Positions 1 to 9,567 of a stretch of DNA of 64,000 bases are shown here, piece after piece (the stretch's first letter is position 1; each line of letters starts with the position of its first letter). The DNA is taken from positions 4,291-68,290 of the forward strand of contig JBBRTW010000001.1 of the NCBI GenBank assembly GCA_038244055.1. The letters are read 5' to 3'. The translations under genes were made by a program, and so were the position numbers. The stretch is from Tepidisphaerales bacterium (GTDB lineage Bacteria > Planctomycetota > Phycisphaerae > Tepidisphaerales > Tepidisphaeraceae). The notes beneath the pieces were generated by a model. It was not told the DNA's origin, made no database searches, and worked only from the letters and a program-made list of their open reading frames with translations.

Positions 1-53
1 TGAAGGTTGAGCAGGCCTTCGCCGATGGGCCCCTGCGCCCCAAGATCCAGCGG

Positions 54-767
54 ATGACCAAGGTCTCCATCGTCATCCCCGTTTACAATGAGGAGGCGAC
101 GGTGCAGATGCTCGTCGGGCTGGTCGTCAGAGGGCCGCTCCCCTCAGGTGTCGCCCGTGAGATCATCTGCGTCAATGATTGCTCGCGCGATAAGACGGCC
201 GAGAAACTCGATCAACTGCCGAAACTTTTCCCCGAAACCGAGTTCAAGATCGTCCATAAGCCCGTGAATCAGGGCAAAGGCGCGGCCCTCCGCGATGGCT
301 TCAAGCTGGCCACCGGCGATACCGTTCTCATCCAGGATGCCGATCTCGAATACGATCCGCAGGATTATCTCAAGCTCCTCCAGCCCATCTACGACGACAA
401 GGCGGATGTAGTCTTCGGATCCCGCTTTATCGGCGAGCCGCACCGGGTTTTGTATTATTGGCACACGGTTGGAAACAAGTTCCTGACGTGGATGTCCAAC
501 ATGTTCACCAACCTGAACCTGACCGATATGGAAGTCTGCTACAAGGTCTTCCGCAAATCGGTATTGGACCAGATCAACGTCAAGTGCAATCGGTTCGGAT
601 TCGAGCCGGAAATCACCGCTAAAGTCGCCAAGATGCGGCCGCGCCTGCGAATATACGAGGTCGGGGTGGCGTATTACGGGCGAAGCTACGAGGAAGGTAA
701 GAAGATCACCTGGAAGGACGGGATTAAAGCCATCCTCGCAATCATCCGATTCCGATTTAGCAATTGA
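54..767 (+). CDS. Family 2 glycosyltransferase (polyprenyl-phosphate sugar transferase-like)
   Basis: 237-aa ORF. VSIVIPVYNEE near the N-terminus and a QDADLEYDP DxD-type motif are typical of GT-A fold GT2 enzymes. Confidence 0.85.
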   Translation: MTKVSIVIPVYNEEATVQMLVGLVVRGPLPSGVAREIICVNDCSRDKTAEKLDQLPKLFPETEFKIVHKPVNQGKGAALRDGFKLATGDTVLIQDADLEYDPQDYLKLLQPIYDDKADVVFGSRFIGEPHRVLYYWHTVGNKFLTWMSNMFTNLNLTDMEVCYKVFRKSVLDQINVKCNRFGFEPEITAKVAKMRPRLRIYEVGVAYYGRSYEEGKKITWKDGIKAILAIIRFRFSN

Positions 768-879
768 CGGCAAGACACGTCTGCGAAGAGACTGGTGATG
801 TCCGGGGTCCCCTAACTCATGGCGGCCCCGGGTGTCCTAACGGGCGCGGTTGACCGTTTTTTTATTGGGCTGGTTGTTT

Positions 880-1827
880 ATGCGTATTCTCATCTCCGGC
901 GGCGCCGGGTTCCTCGCTTCGCATCTGACCGACCTCCTGCTTACGCAGGGCCATGAAGTCGTCGGCCTCGACAACTTCATCACCGGCAAGGAGGACAACA
1001 TCCTCCACCTCAGCGGCAACCCGAAATATAAATTCATCCGCCAGGATGTCATCGAAACCGCCCATGTGGATGGCCCGATCGATCGCATCTATCACATGGC
1101 CTCCCCCGCCTCACCCATCGGATACGTCAAACATCAAGTCGCCACGATGAAGGTGAATAGCCAGGGGACCTGGAACCTGCTGGAAATGGCGCTCTCCAAA
1201 GGCGCGCGATTCCTGATGGCCTCGACCAGCGAATGCTACGGGGATCCGCACGTCAATCCGCAGCGCGAAGACTACTGGGGCAACGTCAATCCGATCGGCC
1301 TGCGCAGCATGTACGATGAAGCCAAGCGCTTCAGCGAGGCCTGTACGATGGCCTACCACCGCGAGCGCGGCGCTGATACGCGGATCATCCGCATCTTCAA
1401 CACCTACGGCCCGCGCATGGACCCGCACGATGGCCGGGTGGTGATTTCGTTCATCCGCCAGGCGCTCAACGATGAACCGATGACCGTTTTCGGCGAAGGC
1501 CGGCAAACGCGCAGCCTGTGCTACGTCAGCGATCTGGTGCGCGGAATCAACTTGACGATGGAAGGGGATTTCATCGAGCCGATCAATCTGGGCAATCCTG
1601 AAGAGTTGACGGTGCTGGATATCGCCCGCGAAGTCCGCGAGCTCATCCCCGGCAGCAAGAGCCAGATCGTCCACCTCCCCATGCCGCCGGATGACCCCAA
1701 GGTGCGCTGCCCCGACATCACGCGGGCGCGGCAGGTGCTGGGATGGTATCCAACAGTCTCCCGCAAGGTAGGCCTGGCGAGGATGATCGATTTCTATCGC
1801 GATCGGTTGATGAAGAAGACCGCTTAA
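880..1827 (+). CDS. UDP-glucuronate decarboxylase (UDP-xylose synthase), SDR family
   Basis: Rossmann motif ILISGGAGFLASHL follows the internal Met at 880. GDPHVNPQREDYWGNVNPIGLRSMYDEAKR closely resembles the UXS signature. The ORF-track start at 850 adds a hydrophobic leader and is less likely. Confidence 0.88.
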   Translation: MRILISGGAGFLASHLTDLLLTQGHEVVGLDNFITGKEDNILHLSGNPKYKFIRQDVIETAHVDGPIDRIYHMASPASPIGYVKHQVATMKVNSQGTWNLLEMALSKGARFLMASTSECYGDPHVNPQREDYWGNVNPIGLRSMYDEAKRFSEACTMAYHRERGADTRIIRIFNTYGPRMDPHDGRVVISFIRQALNDEPMTVFGEGRQTRSLCYVSDLVRGINLTMEGDFIEPINLGNPEELTVLDIAREVRELIPGSKSQIVHLPMPPDDPKVRCPDITRARQVLGWYPTVSRKVGLARMIDFYRDRLMKKTA

Positions 1828-1829
1828 AG

Positions 1830-1857
1830 GGTTCAGGGTTCAGAGGTCAGGGTTCAG
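1830..1857. repeat. Tandem heptamer array (GGTTCAG x4, one variant)
   Basis: GGTTCAG GGTTCAG AGGTCAG GGTTCAG begins 3 nt after the TAA stop at 1825-1827. Confidence 0.9.
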
Positions 1858-1869
1858 GAATAGAAAGTG

Positions 1870-1910
1870 ACCGGTGCGGTGTCATCGAGATACCGCACCG
1901 GTTCTGTTTT
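1870..1910 (+). terminator. Rho-independent terminator candidate
   Basis: Perfect 11-bp stem accggtgcggt / accgcaccggt (1870-1880 and 1892-1902), followed by tctgtttt. Confidence 0.7.
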
Positions 1911-2001
1911 GGGGTGTGTGTTTTCATTTCCCGTGAAAGTTGGATTTTGGGCTTTTATATACGCTATAGTTTCAGTACCTTTTGAAACTTAAGGAGCCTA
2001 T

Positions 2002-2625
2002 ATGAATGCCACGAACCCCGTCCTGACCGATCTTGCCGATGAAGCCGAAGTTGCCGTTCCCGCCGTGAAAGCGAAACCGATGACCGCCGTCGAGCAGCGT
2101 CTGCGCGAGGTGCAGGATACGTTCATCCGCCGCTGGGGGGAGATGGGGCAGACCTGGGGGATCAACCGCACGATGGCCGAGATTCACGCGCTGCTCTTCA
2201 TCGTCGGTATGCCTCTTTGCACCGATGATGTGATGGAGCGCCTGCACATTTCCCGCGGGAATTCCTCGATGAACCTTAGGGCATTGTGCGACTGGGGGAT
2301 CATCAAGCGCCTGCACAAGCGCGGCGAGCGCAGGGAGTTTTTTGAATCGCTGACCGATGTCTGGGAGATGTTCTCGATCATCGCGGCCGAGCGCAAACGC
2401 CGCGAGATGGACCCGGTGCTGGAGACGATCAAGCAGTGCCAGGAAATGCTCGGCGAACAGGCCCTGGGCAAAGCCGCCAAACTCGACCCCGTCCAAATCA
2501 CCCGCCAGCGCCTGGCCGGGATGGAAGACTTCATGAAGGTCACCAACAAAGTCTTCCAGCAATTCGTCGGCAACGCCAAGAGCGGGCTGACGCGGGTGGT
2601 GAAGGTGCTGCTGAAGGCGTTTTGA
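2002..2625 (+). CDS. GbsR/MarR-type winged-helix transcriptional regulator
   Basis: 207-aa ORF. RWGEMGQTWGINRTMAEIHALLFIVGMPLCTDDVMERLHISRGNSSMNLRAL resembles the GbsR/MarR wHTH region. Confidence 0.6.
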   Translation: MNATNPVLTDLADEAEVAVPAVKAKPMTAVEQRLREVQDTFIRRWGEMGQTWGINRTMAEIHALLFIVGMPLCTDDVMERLHISRGNSSMNLRALCDWGIIKRLHKRGERREFFESLTDVWEMFSIIAAERKRREMDPVLETIKQCQEMLGEQALGKAAKLDPVQITRQRLAGMEDFMKVTNKVFQQFVGNAKSGLTRVVKVLLKAF

Positions 2626-2630
2626 GGCAG

Positions 2631-2863
2631 AAGATAGAAGCGAGGAGCGAGGAGCGAGAAGCGAGAAGAAATTCACAGGGGTCGGAAGGGTCGGAAGCCT
2701 GTTACCAGCGATCTTCCCAGTGGAATCGGCTGATTCAGGCTCGCGACCCTTTCTCGTCAGTGAACTGCCGATCGCTCCTCGCTTCCCGCTTCTCGCTCCT
2801 CGCTTCTCGCTTCTCGCTTCTAACTTCTCGCTTCTAACTTCCAACTTCTAACTTCTCCCTTCT
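2631..2863. repeat. Heptamer-array hairpin element (RAGCGAG units facing CGCTYCT/AACTTCT units)
   Basis: The left arm (2631-2668) has about 5 units of (A/G)AGCGAG. The right arm (2773-2863) has 13 consecutive 7-nt units (CGCTCCT, CGCTTCC, CGCTTCT..., AACTTCT...). The arms are complementary. Confidence 0.9.
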
Positions 2864-2947
2864 GCCCTTTTCTATTCCATCCTGAACGGACTTGGCGCAT
2901 AATTCCCATGGGTGACATACGATTTGGGGTCAGCGAGGAGCCTCTTC

Positions 2948-5308
2948 ATGCGCCACTGGGCCTTTGTCGTCTGGATTGTTGCGGGAATCCTGATCTGTTG
3001 GCCGACGCCCGCGCCCGCGGCGACGTCCAAACAGGTCGAGGATGCGATTAAGAAGGCCAAGGAGTTTTTGATCAATTCCCAGCGCGAGGGAAACTGGGAA
3101 AGCGCGCAAAAGCGCATGCCCGAGCCGCGCCCCAATGCGCTGGGGCAGGTGATGATCACCGATATCATCAATTCCAATCAATGGGGCGGCACCACGGCGC
3201 TGGTGACTTACGCGCTGCTGGCCTCGGGTGAAAGCGCGCAGGAGCCTCGGATGGCCGAGTCGCTCAAGTGGCTCTCAACGCATGAGATCAACGGCACCTA
3301 CGCCATCGCCATGCGGGCGCAGCTCTGGTATCTGATGCCGCCGGGAAAACGCAAGGAATTCGCGGAGGTGATGAAAAAGGATCGGGAGATTCTCATCACC
3401 AATATGCGCGGGGGCAAGAGCCTCCTCGGCGGCGCGCGTCGGCCGCCGGCCGGGGGAGGGCCGATGATCGGCCCGGGCGGCGTCGATCCGAACGAAGAAT
3501 TCAAGGGCTTCTACCGCTACACGGCCGATGACAACGGCTACGACCACTCGGCCTCGCAGTTTGGCGTTTTGGGCATGTGGGCGCTGGAACAGGCGGGGAT
3601 GGAATCGCCTAACGGTTACTGGAAAATCGTTGAAGATGCCTGGCTGAAGGATCAGGATAAGGCAACCGGCGGGTGGAATTATGGGCCGCTATTCCGGCCG
3701 ATGCAGCCGATTACGCCGACGATGACGGCCGCCGGTGTGGCAACCCTCTTCATCACCCAGGACTACCTGCACATGAAGGATGCGCTGGATTGCAAAGGCA
3801 ATATCAGCAACAAGGCGATCGAAGCGGGGATGAAGTGGATGACCACCAACTTCAACCAGGTGTTCAAATCGGAGTGGCCGTTCTACGCGTTATACGGTGT
3901 CGAACGCATCGGCCTGGCCTCGGGGTACAAGTATCTGGGCACGATTGACTGGTACGAGATCGGCTCGGACAAGCTGGTCGGTTTGCAGCAGCCCGATGGC
4001 GGATGGGGGACGGCGTTCGATACGTCTTTCGCGCTGCTCTTCCTGGTGCGCGGGCGTGCGCCGGTGGTCATGAACAAGCTCGAATATGCGATCGATTTCC
4101 ACGGCGAGAAGAATGCGGGAACCAACTGGAACGAGCGCCCGCGCGATGCGGCCAACGTCACCCGCTGGATGAGCCGCCAGTTCGAGCGCGATTTGAACTG
4201 GCAGATCGTCAATCTCAAGGGCTCGGTGGATGATCTGCACGATGCGCCGATCCTCTACATCACCGGCAATCAGGTGCTGAACCTGACGGCCGAGGATGAG
4301 GCGAAGCTCAAGGAATTCGTCAACCAGGGCGGGCTGATCCTGGGCAATGCCGATTGCGGGCATCTCGGTTTCGCCACGTCATTCAAGAAACTCGGCGCCA
4401 AGCTTTTTCCCCCCGGCGAGTTCAAGGAATTGCCGGCTGGGCACATCGTCTTCAATAACTTCTATCAGCGCAGCAAGTGGAAGGGTGGATTGTCGGTGCA
4501 GGGCCTGAACAACGGCGCGCGGGAGTTGATGATCCTCTTCGCCTCGGCCGACCCTTCGCGGATCTGGCAGACCGGCACTTACGGCGCGCGCGAGGAGGCG
4601 TGGCAGTTCCTGGCCAATCTCTACCTCTACATGTCGGAGAAGAAGGATTTCCGATTTAAGGGCGATACCTACATCCTCAAGCCCGATGCCAACGTGCAGG
4701 CCAGCAAAACCGCCAAGTTGGCGCGCCTGCAATATGCCGGCAATTGGGACCCCGAGCCCGGATCGTGGAAGCGCGAGTCGGCCGTATTGCACAATGAGGC
4801 GCAGCTCGATCTGACTGTGGAAACCATCCGGCTCGGCGAGGGAAAACTGGCCGGATACAAACTGGCCCATCTGACCTCCACCAACAAGTTCAAGCTGAGC
4901 GACAAGGAACGCGAGGAACTTAAGGCCTTCATCGCCGGCGGCGGCACGCTCATTGCCGATGCCTGCGGCGGCAACGGCGAGGCGGCCAACAGCCTGGAAA
5001 CAGAGCTGGCGGCCCTCTCCACCGCCAAGATCGATATTCTCAAGCAGGATCACCCCCTCTATACCGGCCTGGGCATGCCGGCCGACAAGATCGAGTACCG
5101 TCCCTTCGCCAGCAAGCAGCATTTGGGCGGCGTCCACGGCCCGCGCCTGCGCGGAGCGGAGGTCAACAACAAGCTGGCGATCATTTACAGCCCCGAGGAT
5201 CTGAGCGTCGGCATGGTGGGGCAGGCGGTCGATGGGATCATCGGCTACACGCCGGCGAGTTCGGCGGCGCTGATGAAGGCGGTGGTGGTGTATGCCTCGG
5301 GGCAGTAG
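2948..5308 (+). CDS. Secreted DUF4159-domain protein with N-terminal prenyltransferase/terpene-cyclase-like repeats
   Basis: A signal-like MRHWAFVVWIVAGILICWPTPAPA follows the Met at 2948 (alternative start 2912). NWNERPRDAANVTRWM...APILYITGNQVLNLTAEDEAKLKEFVNQGGLILGNADCG resembles DUF4159. Confidence 0.7.
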   Translation: MRHWAFVVWIVAGILICWPTPAPAATSKQVEDAIKKAKEFLINSQREGNWESAQKRMPEPRPNALGQVMITDIINSNQWGGTTALVTYALLASGESAQEPRMAESLKWLSTHEINGTYAIAMRAQLWYLMPPGKRKEFAEVMKKDREILITNMRGGKSLLGGARRPPAGGGPMIGPGGVDPNEEFKGFYRYTADDNGYDHSASQFGVLGMWALEQAGMESPNGYWKIVEDAWLKDQDKATGGWNYGPLFRPMQPITPTMTAAGVATLFITQDYLHMKDALDCKGNISNKAIEAGMKWMTTNFNQVFKSEWPFYALYGVERIGLASGYKYLGTIDWYEIGSDKLVGLQQPDGGWGTAFDTSFALLFLVRGRAPVVMNKLEYAIDFHGEKNAGTNWNERPRDAANVTRWMSRQFERDLNWQIVNLKGSVDDLHDAPILYITGNQVLNLTAEDEAKLKEFVNQGGLILGNADCGHLGFATSFKKLGAKLFPPGEFKELPAGHIVFNNFYQRSKWKGGLSVQGLNNGARELMILFASADPSRIWQTGTYGAREEAWQFLANLYLYMSEKKDFRFKGDTYILKPDANVQASKTAKLARLQYAGNWDPEPGSWKRESAVLHNEAQLDLTVETIRLGEGKLAGYKLAHLTSTNKFKLSDKEREELKAFIAGGGTLIADACGGNGEAANSLETELAALSTAKIDILKQDHPLYTGLGMPADKIEYRPFASKQHLGGVHGPRLRGAEVNNKLAIIYSPEDLSVGMVGQAVDGIIGYTPASSAALMKAVVVYASGQ

Positions 5309-5403
5309 GCGCGGAGCGCGATGCATATCATCCAGGGACGTCAAACGAGGGGGCTCATTCTACTGGGTTTCCCCCTTTTCACGGGCGGGACGCTCGTGCC
5401 CCT

Positions 5404-6810
5404 TCATTCGATCGGCCCGCGCGGCGCTTCCTCGCGCATTTCGCGCGTGTGGTCCGGCAGCAGCATGGCCGCGAACATGGCGGGGATGAATAGGAATCCT
5501 CCCACGAGCAAGGGGATGCGCAACTGGCCGCTCAGGCTGTTGGCGAAGATGCCGAAGAGAATAACGCCGACAGCAGAAGCGATTCGCCCGATGTTGTAGC
5601 AGAAGCCCGCGCCGGTGGTGCGAAGAAGGGTGGGGAAAAGCGGCGGGAGGTACATGGTGAACAGGCCGAAGATTCCCGAAAAAAAACCGACCAGGGGGAT
5701 GTAGAAGTAAAGCAAGGGCATCCAGCTTCGCTCGATGCAAAAGGCGACGGTGATCGCTGCGACAAACCCCAGACACATGACGGCGATGGCCCGGCGGAAG
5801 CCGAAAATCTTCGCCAGCCAGGCCGCGAAGAAATTGCCCGGAATGCTCACGAGAACCGGGAGCATCAGCGCCGCCGCCTGCATCTGCCGCTTGTCGGGAT
5901 CGGACCAGTCTCTAATATCCGGGTGTGAGTTCATCAACTGCGGCACCCAGAACATGATCGACCACCAGGAGGTCAGGGCGCAGGCGCAGACCACGATCGT
6001 GAGGAGCGTGATCCGGCGGGTCGGCCCGCGGAAGAGGTCGGCGATGGAAGGTTGCCGCTCGGAACCCGCGCGAGCGGCGGCATTGGCGGTGTGCCATTCC
6101 TCGGGCTCGGGAACGTGCCGGCGAATCCAGAAAACAATGAAAGCCGGCAAAATCCCCACGAGGAAGACGAAGCGCGGGTTGATCCCTTTCATCAGCGATG
6201 CGGCGACGAAGGCGATGAGCACGCCGAGATTGACGGCCGTCTGGAGAACGGCGGCGATCCATGGCCGCCAGTTCCTGGGCCAGGTTTCGGAAAGAAGCGA
6301 TGACCCGACGGCCCATTCCCCGCCAATACCCAGGGCCGCCAGGAACCGGAAGATGAGCAGGTGCCACCACTGAGTCGCGAAGGCGGAGAGCCCGGTGAAA
6401 AGGGCGTAGGTCAGGACGGTGAGCGACAGCGCGCGCGCCCGTCCCATGCGATCACCCAGACGCCCGAAAAATCCGCCGCCAAGCGCCCAGCCGATGAGGA
6501 ACGCGGCCTGGATCCAGGAGGATTTCTGCTTGACGATGGCATCGGAGGAATTGACAGGCGAGGCGGGATCGGCGGTCAGCAGGATGGCGACGAAGGAGGC
6601 GGCCACCATCGTGTAGAGGTGCATGTCCAGGCCGTCGAAGAGCCAGCCGAGCCATGCGGCGATACCGGATTTCCATTGGGCGGGGGTGAGGTCGCGGAGG
6701 GTGGAGGCTTCGCGGGGAGGAGCGGTTGTGGTAGCGGGAGGGGAGTAGGGGAGAACCGCGGCGTCAACCTCACCGCTGGCGACTGGGGTCGTCGTAGTTG
6801 GGTGGTCCAT
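5404..6810 (-). CDS. MFS transporter
   Basis: 468-aa ORF that is highly hydrophobic with about 12 predicted helices. The GRLGDRMGRARAL loop resembles MFS motif A. Confidence 0.8.
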   Translation of the reverse strand: MDHPTTTTPVASGEVDAAVLPYSPPATTTAPPREASTLRDLTPAQWKSGIAAWLGWLFDGLDMHLYTMVAASFVAILLTADPASPVNSSDAIVKQKSSWIQAAFLIGWALGGGFFGRLGDRMGRARALSLTVLTYALFTGLSAFATQWWHLLIFRFLAALGIGGEWAVGSSLLSETWPRNWRPWIAAVLQTAVNLGVLIAFVAASLMKGINPRFVFLVGILPAFIVFWIRRHVPEPEEWHTANAAARAGSERQPSIADLFRGPTRRITLLTIVVCACALTSWWSIMFWVPQLMNSHPDIRDWSDPDKRQMQAAALMLPVLVSIPGNFFAAWLAKIFGFRRAIAVMCLGFVAAITVAFCIERSWMPLLYFYIPLVGFFSGIFGLFTMYLPPLFPTLLRTTGAGFCYNIGRIASAVGVILFGIFANSLSGQLRIPLLVGGFLFIPAMFAAMLLPDHTREMREEAPRGPIE

Positions 6811-6861
6811 CCAGTGGCCTCAATGTGGGTGCTTTGAAAGATAGCGAAGTGCGGAAACCCT

Positions 6862-7755
6862 TCATGACGGGACCGGGTGAGTCCGCAGCCATTCGCGGAC
6901 ATCTTCGAGATTCTTAAAATCCAGAATCGCTTCTCCAAGCTCTTCAATCGCCGGCCAGGGCAATACATCAATCGTCTCGTGCAAGTCGGTTGGAAGTTTC
7001 CCGAACCGCTTGGTCATTTGCCGCAAAACCAGCTTCTGCTGGGCCATTTCACCCCAGCCAGTCATGATTTCCATAAATTGCTCCTTGCTGGGCGAAGGCA
7101 CTTGCTCGATCGATGCCTTGAATACCTTAGCCTCCGCCGCCGTAAGCTTCAAATACGAATCCATAAATCCGCCCACGATTCGCAATTTGGCGGGGTTCAG
7201 ACGCAATGTGGCCAGGATTCGCAGGCATTCCAGCTTAACTCGCGCCCGATCTTCGAGGGCAATCCGCATCCGCGCCATCAGGGCCGTCGCCACCGGATTG
7301 GGCCTCCGCACATAATCGCGCCAGTTCAGTCGATTGAGCTGGATCACTCGATATCGAAAAGTCAAAACGTCGAGATCGGGAAACGTCAGGCAATACTCCT
7401 CCGGTTCAGCCCTCTGCGGCGACACATAGGAGAACAGCACGATCGGATAGACCGGAAGATTGTGCTTTTCGTGCAGCCGCGCGAAATACTTGAACATGCG
7501 CCGGGCGAAGTCCGTATCGGGCGATGCCTGGGTTTCGACATGGACAAGAAAGAACGCCTCGCTCCCTTTGAACTTCGCCCGCGCCAGGACATCGACCTCG
7601 TGCCTCTCGCCCGAGGTGACATCCGTGAAGATTTCCTTGTCCATGAAGGCGATCGAATCGCGATCGAGATACTGCATCACCTCAGGGAAAAACAGATCGA
7701 TAAAATCCGCAAAGAACGTCGTCAACAGTTCCTTGAACAATCGATCGTGATCCAC
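6862..7755 (-). CDS. Rpn-family recombination-promoting nuclease / putative transposase (PD-(D/E)XK) with DUF4351-like C-terminus
   Basis: The N-terminus MDHDRLFKELLTTFFADFIDLFFPEV, the EVDVLARAKFKG...FLVHVETQ core and the C-terminal LVLRQMTKRFGKLP segment are typical of this family. Confidence 0.7.
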   Translation of the reverse strand: MDHDRLFKELLTTFFADFIDLFFPEVMQYLDRDSIAFMDKEIFTDVTSGERHEVDVLARAKFKGSEAFFLVHVETQASPDTDFARRMFKYFARLHEKHNLPVYPIVLFSYVSPQRAEPEEYCLTFPDLDVLTFRYRVIQLNRLNWRDYVRRPNPVATALMARMRIALEDRARVKLECLRILATLRLNPAKLRIVGGFMDSYLKLTAAEAKVFKASIEQVPSPSKEQFMEIMTGWGEMAQQKLVLRQMTKRFGKLPTDLHETIDVLPWPAIEELGEAILDFKNLEDVREWLRTHPVPS

Positions 7756-7773
7756 GGCCGCCCTCCCTTCGTC

Positions 7774-8706
7774 TTACGATGCCAGAATCTTATCCAGACT
7801 CCCCGAAAGCACCTTCATCCGCGCCAGATCGCCGCCGCCCATTTCGATGGTTGCCCAGTGATCCGGGCCGGAGAAACCGACATCATCCAGCGCCTTCATG
7901 ATGGCCGGCCATTTATTCGAGCCTTCGAGGAGGTCCGTCTTGAAGCCGGCCCATTTGCCCTCCTTGTCGCTCTTTTTCATGTCGTATTCCTTGACGTGAA
8001 TGCGGACGATCCGCTTGCCGAGGATTCTGATCCACTGCTCGGGGAAGCCGAAGTGCATGACGTTGCCGATATCGAAGTACCAGCCGACGGCCGGGGATTC
8101 GAACTCATCGACATAGCGCGCCGCCTCGACGGGGCTGAGGTGGAAATTGTTCCAGACGTTTTCGATGGCGATCTTGATGCCGAGCTCGGTCGCCAGGGGA
8201 ATAGCCTTGCGGATTTCCTCCTGCGATCGTTTGTAGCATTCGTCGTAGGTGACCTTTTCATTCACGACACCCGGCACCAGCAGCACTGAACCGCCGCCGA
8301 GGGCCTTGGACTGGCGGATGGATTCGAGCAGGGCGTCCACTCCAGCTTTGCGAATGGAGGCATCCGGATCAGACAGGTGCAGCCGCCAGTGCTGGGAATC
8401 GCAGGTGCCTTCGAAGAGCAGGCCTGATTCCTTGAGGGCGGCCTGAATCTGCTCCACCGGGAGCTTGGTATCGGGGAGATTGAGCTGCAGACCGTCGAAT
8501 CCCGCCTCCTTCAGCACCTTCATCTGATCCACCAGTGAAGTGCCCTTGGGCAGGCCGAAGTAGGCTTTCTTGAGGGTGCGTTTTGGATTGGCGGTAGGGG
8601 CATCGGCGGCGAGAACGCCGGCGGGGATGAGCGAGTTCAAAGCAATTCCTCCGGCGAGTGCGCCCGACATTTTGAGGATGCCGCGGCGGTTGATGGTGTG
8701 GGGCAT
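7774..8706 (-). CDS. Sugar phosphate isomerase/epimerase (xylose isomerase-like TIM barrel), Tat-exported
   Basis: A twin-arginine leader MPHTINRRGILKMSGALAGG follows the Met at 8706 (ORF-track start 8754). LGIKIAIENVWNNF and VRIHVKEYD resemble AP-endonuclease-2/TIM-barrel motifs. Confidence 0.72.
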   Translation of the reverse strand: MPHTINRRGILKMSGALAGGIALNSLIPAGVLAADAPTANPKRTLKKAYFGLPKGTSLVDQMKVLKEAGFDGLQLNLPDTKLPVEQIQAALKESGLLFEGTCDSQHWRLHLSDPDASIRKAGVDALLESIRQSKALGGGSVLLVPGVVNEKVTYDECYKRSQEEIRKAIPLATELGIKIAIENVWNNFHLSPVEAARYVDEFESPAVGWYFDIGNVMHFGFPEQWIRILGKRIVRIHVKEYDMKKSDKEGKWAGFKTDLLEGSNKWPAIMKALDDVGFSGPDHWATIEMGGGDLARMKVLSGSLDKILAS

Positions 8707-8886
8707 GAGGTCCTTTCGAGCGGGATTGTGCGCGGGGAAGGCGGGCGAAAGCAAGCGCGATGACGGGCTGGCACGGATACGAGCCGCAACGATGGTTTTC
8801 GATGATATGGACGCGACAAGCGCGCAGGATGTGAATCACGAATGGCGTGCGCTCTGGACGCGCTGGGCAAGCCCAGCGGCTAACAA

Positions 8887-9495
8887 CTACAAAGTTGCGC
8901 CGACATCGTGCCCGCCGATATCCATCTTCACCACGCCGCGCTGCCGCTTGACGGCGATCACGCGCTGTTTGAGCGTATCGAATAGCGGCCGGGGATTCGG
9001 CAGGCCGCGCATCGGAAGCTGCGGCGTCGTGTCATCGTTCGAGAAGACCGTAATCGTTCCCACGCCCAGCAGGCGGTCCGTAAACGATTGCTCGAAGCGG
9101 ATGTCTTCCACATGCCACAGTTCGAGCGTATCGATCCGCTTGCCGAGGATGCCGCGCTCGAAATCGATGCGGTAGTTGGTGATGCGGTAGCGCAGCGATT
9201 TCGTGATGATGATCTGCACCATTACCACAATGATGCCGATGGCGATGCATATGAGATAGACCAGCCAATGATAGCTCGGCTTGCCGTGTTCGAAGAAGTG
9301 GTGGATCAGGAACGGCGCGGCCATGATCACCAGCCCGATGAGCGACCAAAGCGTCACTTTGCCAAAGTGCCCGCGCAGCATGGGCGTGCCGCTGTAATAG
9401 ACCTCCTCGCGATCATCCGCCTCCTTGTGCGGCGCGTGATCTTCAAAATCGTTGTGCGGGGCGTTCTGCGGGGCGTCTTTCGGTGTCTCGCTCAT
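8887..9495 (-). CDS. Membrane protein with bacterial PH (bPH_2/YdbS-like) domain
   Basis: Two TM helices are followed by YRITNYRIDFERGILGKRIDTLELWHVEDI, which is characteristic of bPH_2. Confidence 0.6.
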   Translation of the reverse strand: MSETPKDAPQNAPHNDFEDHAPHKEADDREEVYYSGTPMLRGHFGKVTLWSLIGLVIMAAPFLIHHFFEHGKPSYHWLVYLICIAIGIIVVMVQIIITKSLRYRITNYRIDFERGILGKRIDTLELWHVEDIRFEQSFTDRLLGVGTITVFSNDDTTPQLPMRGLPNPRPLFDTLKQRVIAVKRQRGVVKMDIGGHDVGATL

Positions 9496-9567
9496 ATTCG
9501 GGCTCCTTCGATTTCCGGCCGGCGCTCCGATCGGCCTGAAATTGGGCTGATCGCGCCTCCGACCGGT

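Noticed and set aside
1972-2844. A 290-aa minus-strand ORF and a 133-aa plus-strand ORF (2436-2837) with EARSEKRGARSGKRG / SRFSLLASRFSLL repeats.
   Set aside because: The repetitive peptides are simply translations of the 7-nt tandem arrays, and the remainder is antisense to the GbsR/MarR-like gene.
2631-2863. Whether the repeat arrays could be CRISPR arrays.
   Set aside because: The units are 7 nt and directly tandem, with no unique spacers. No 24-48-nt repeat/spacer periodicity and no cas genes are present anywhere in the window.
6877-8289. A 470-aa plus-strand ORF.
   Set aside because: It is antisense to both the Rpn-family gene and the TIM-barrel isomerase. It crosses their intergenic gap and has no recognisable motifs.
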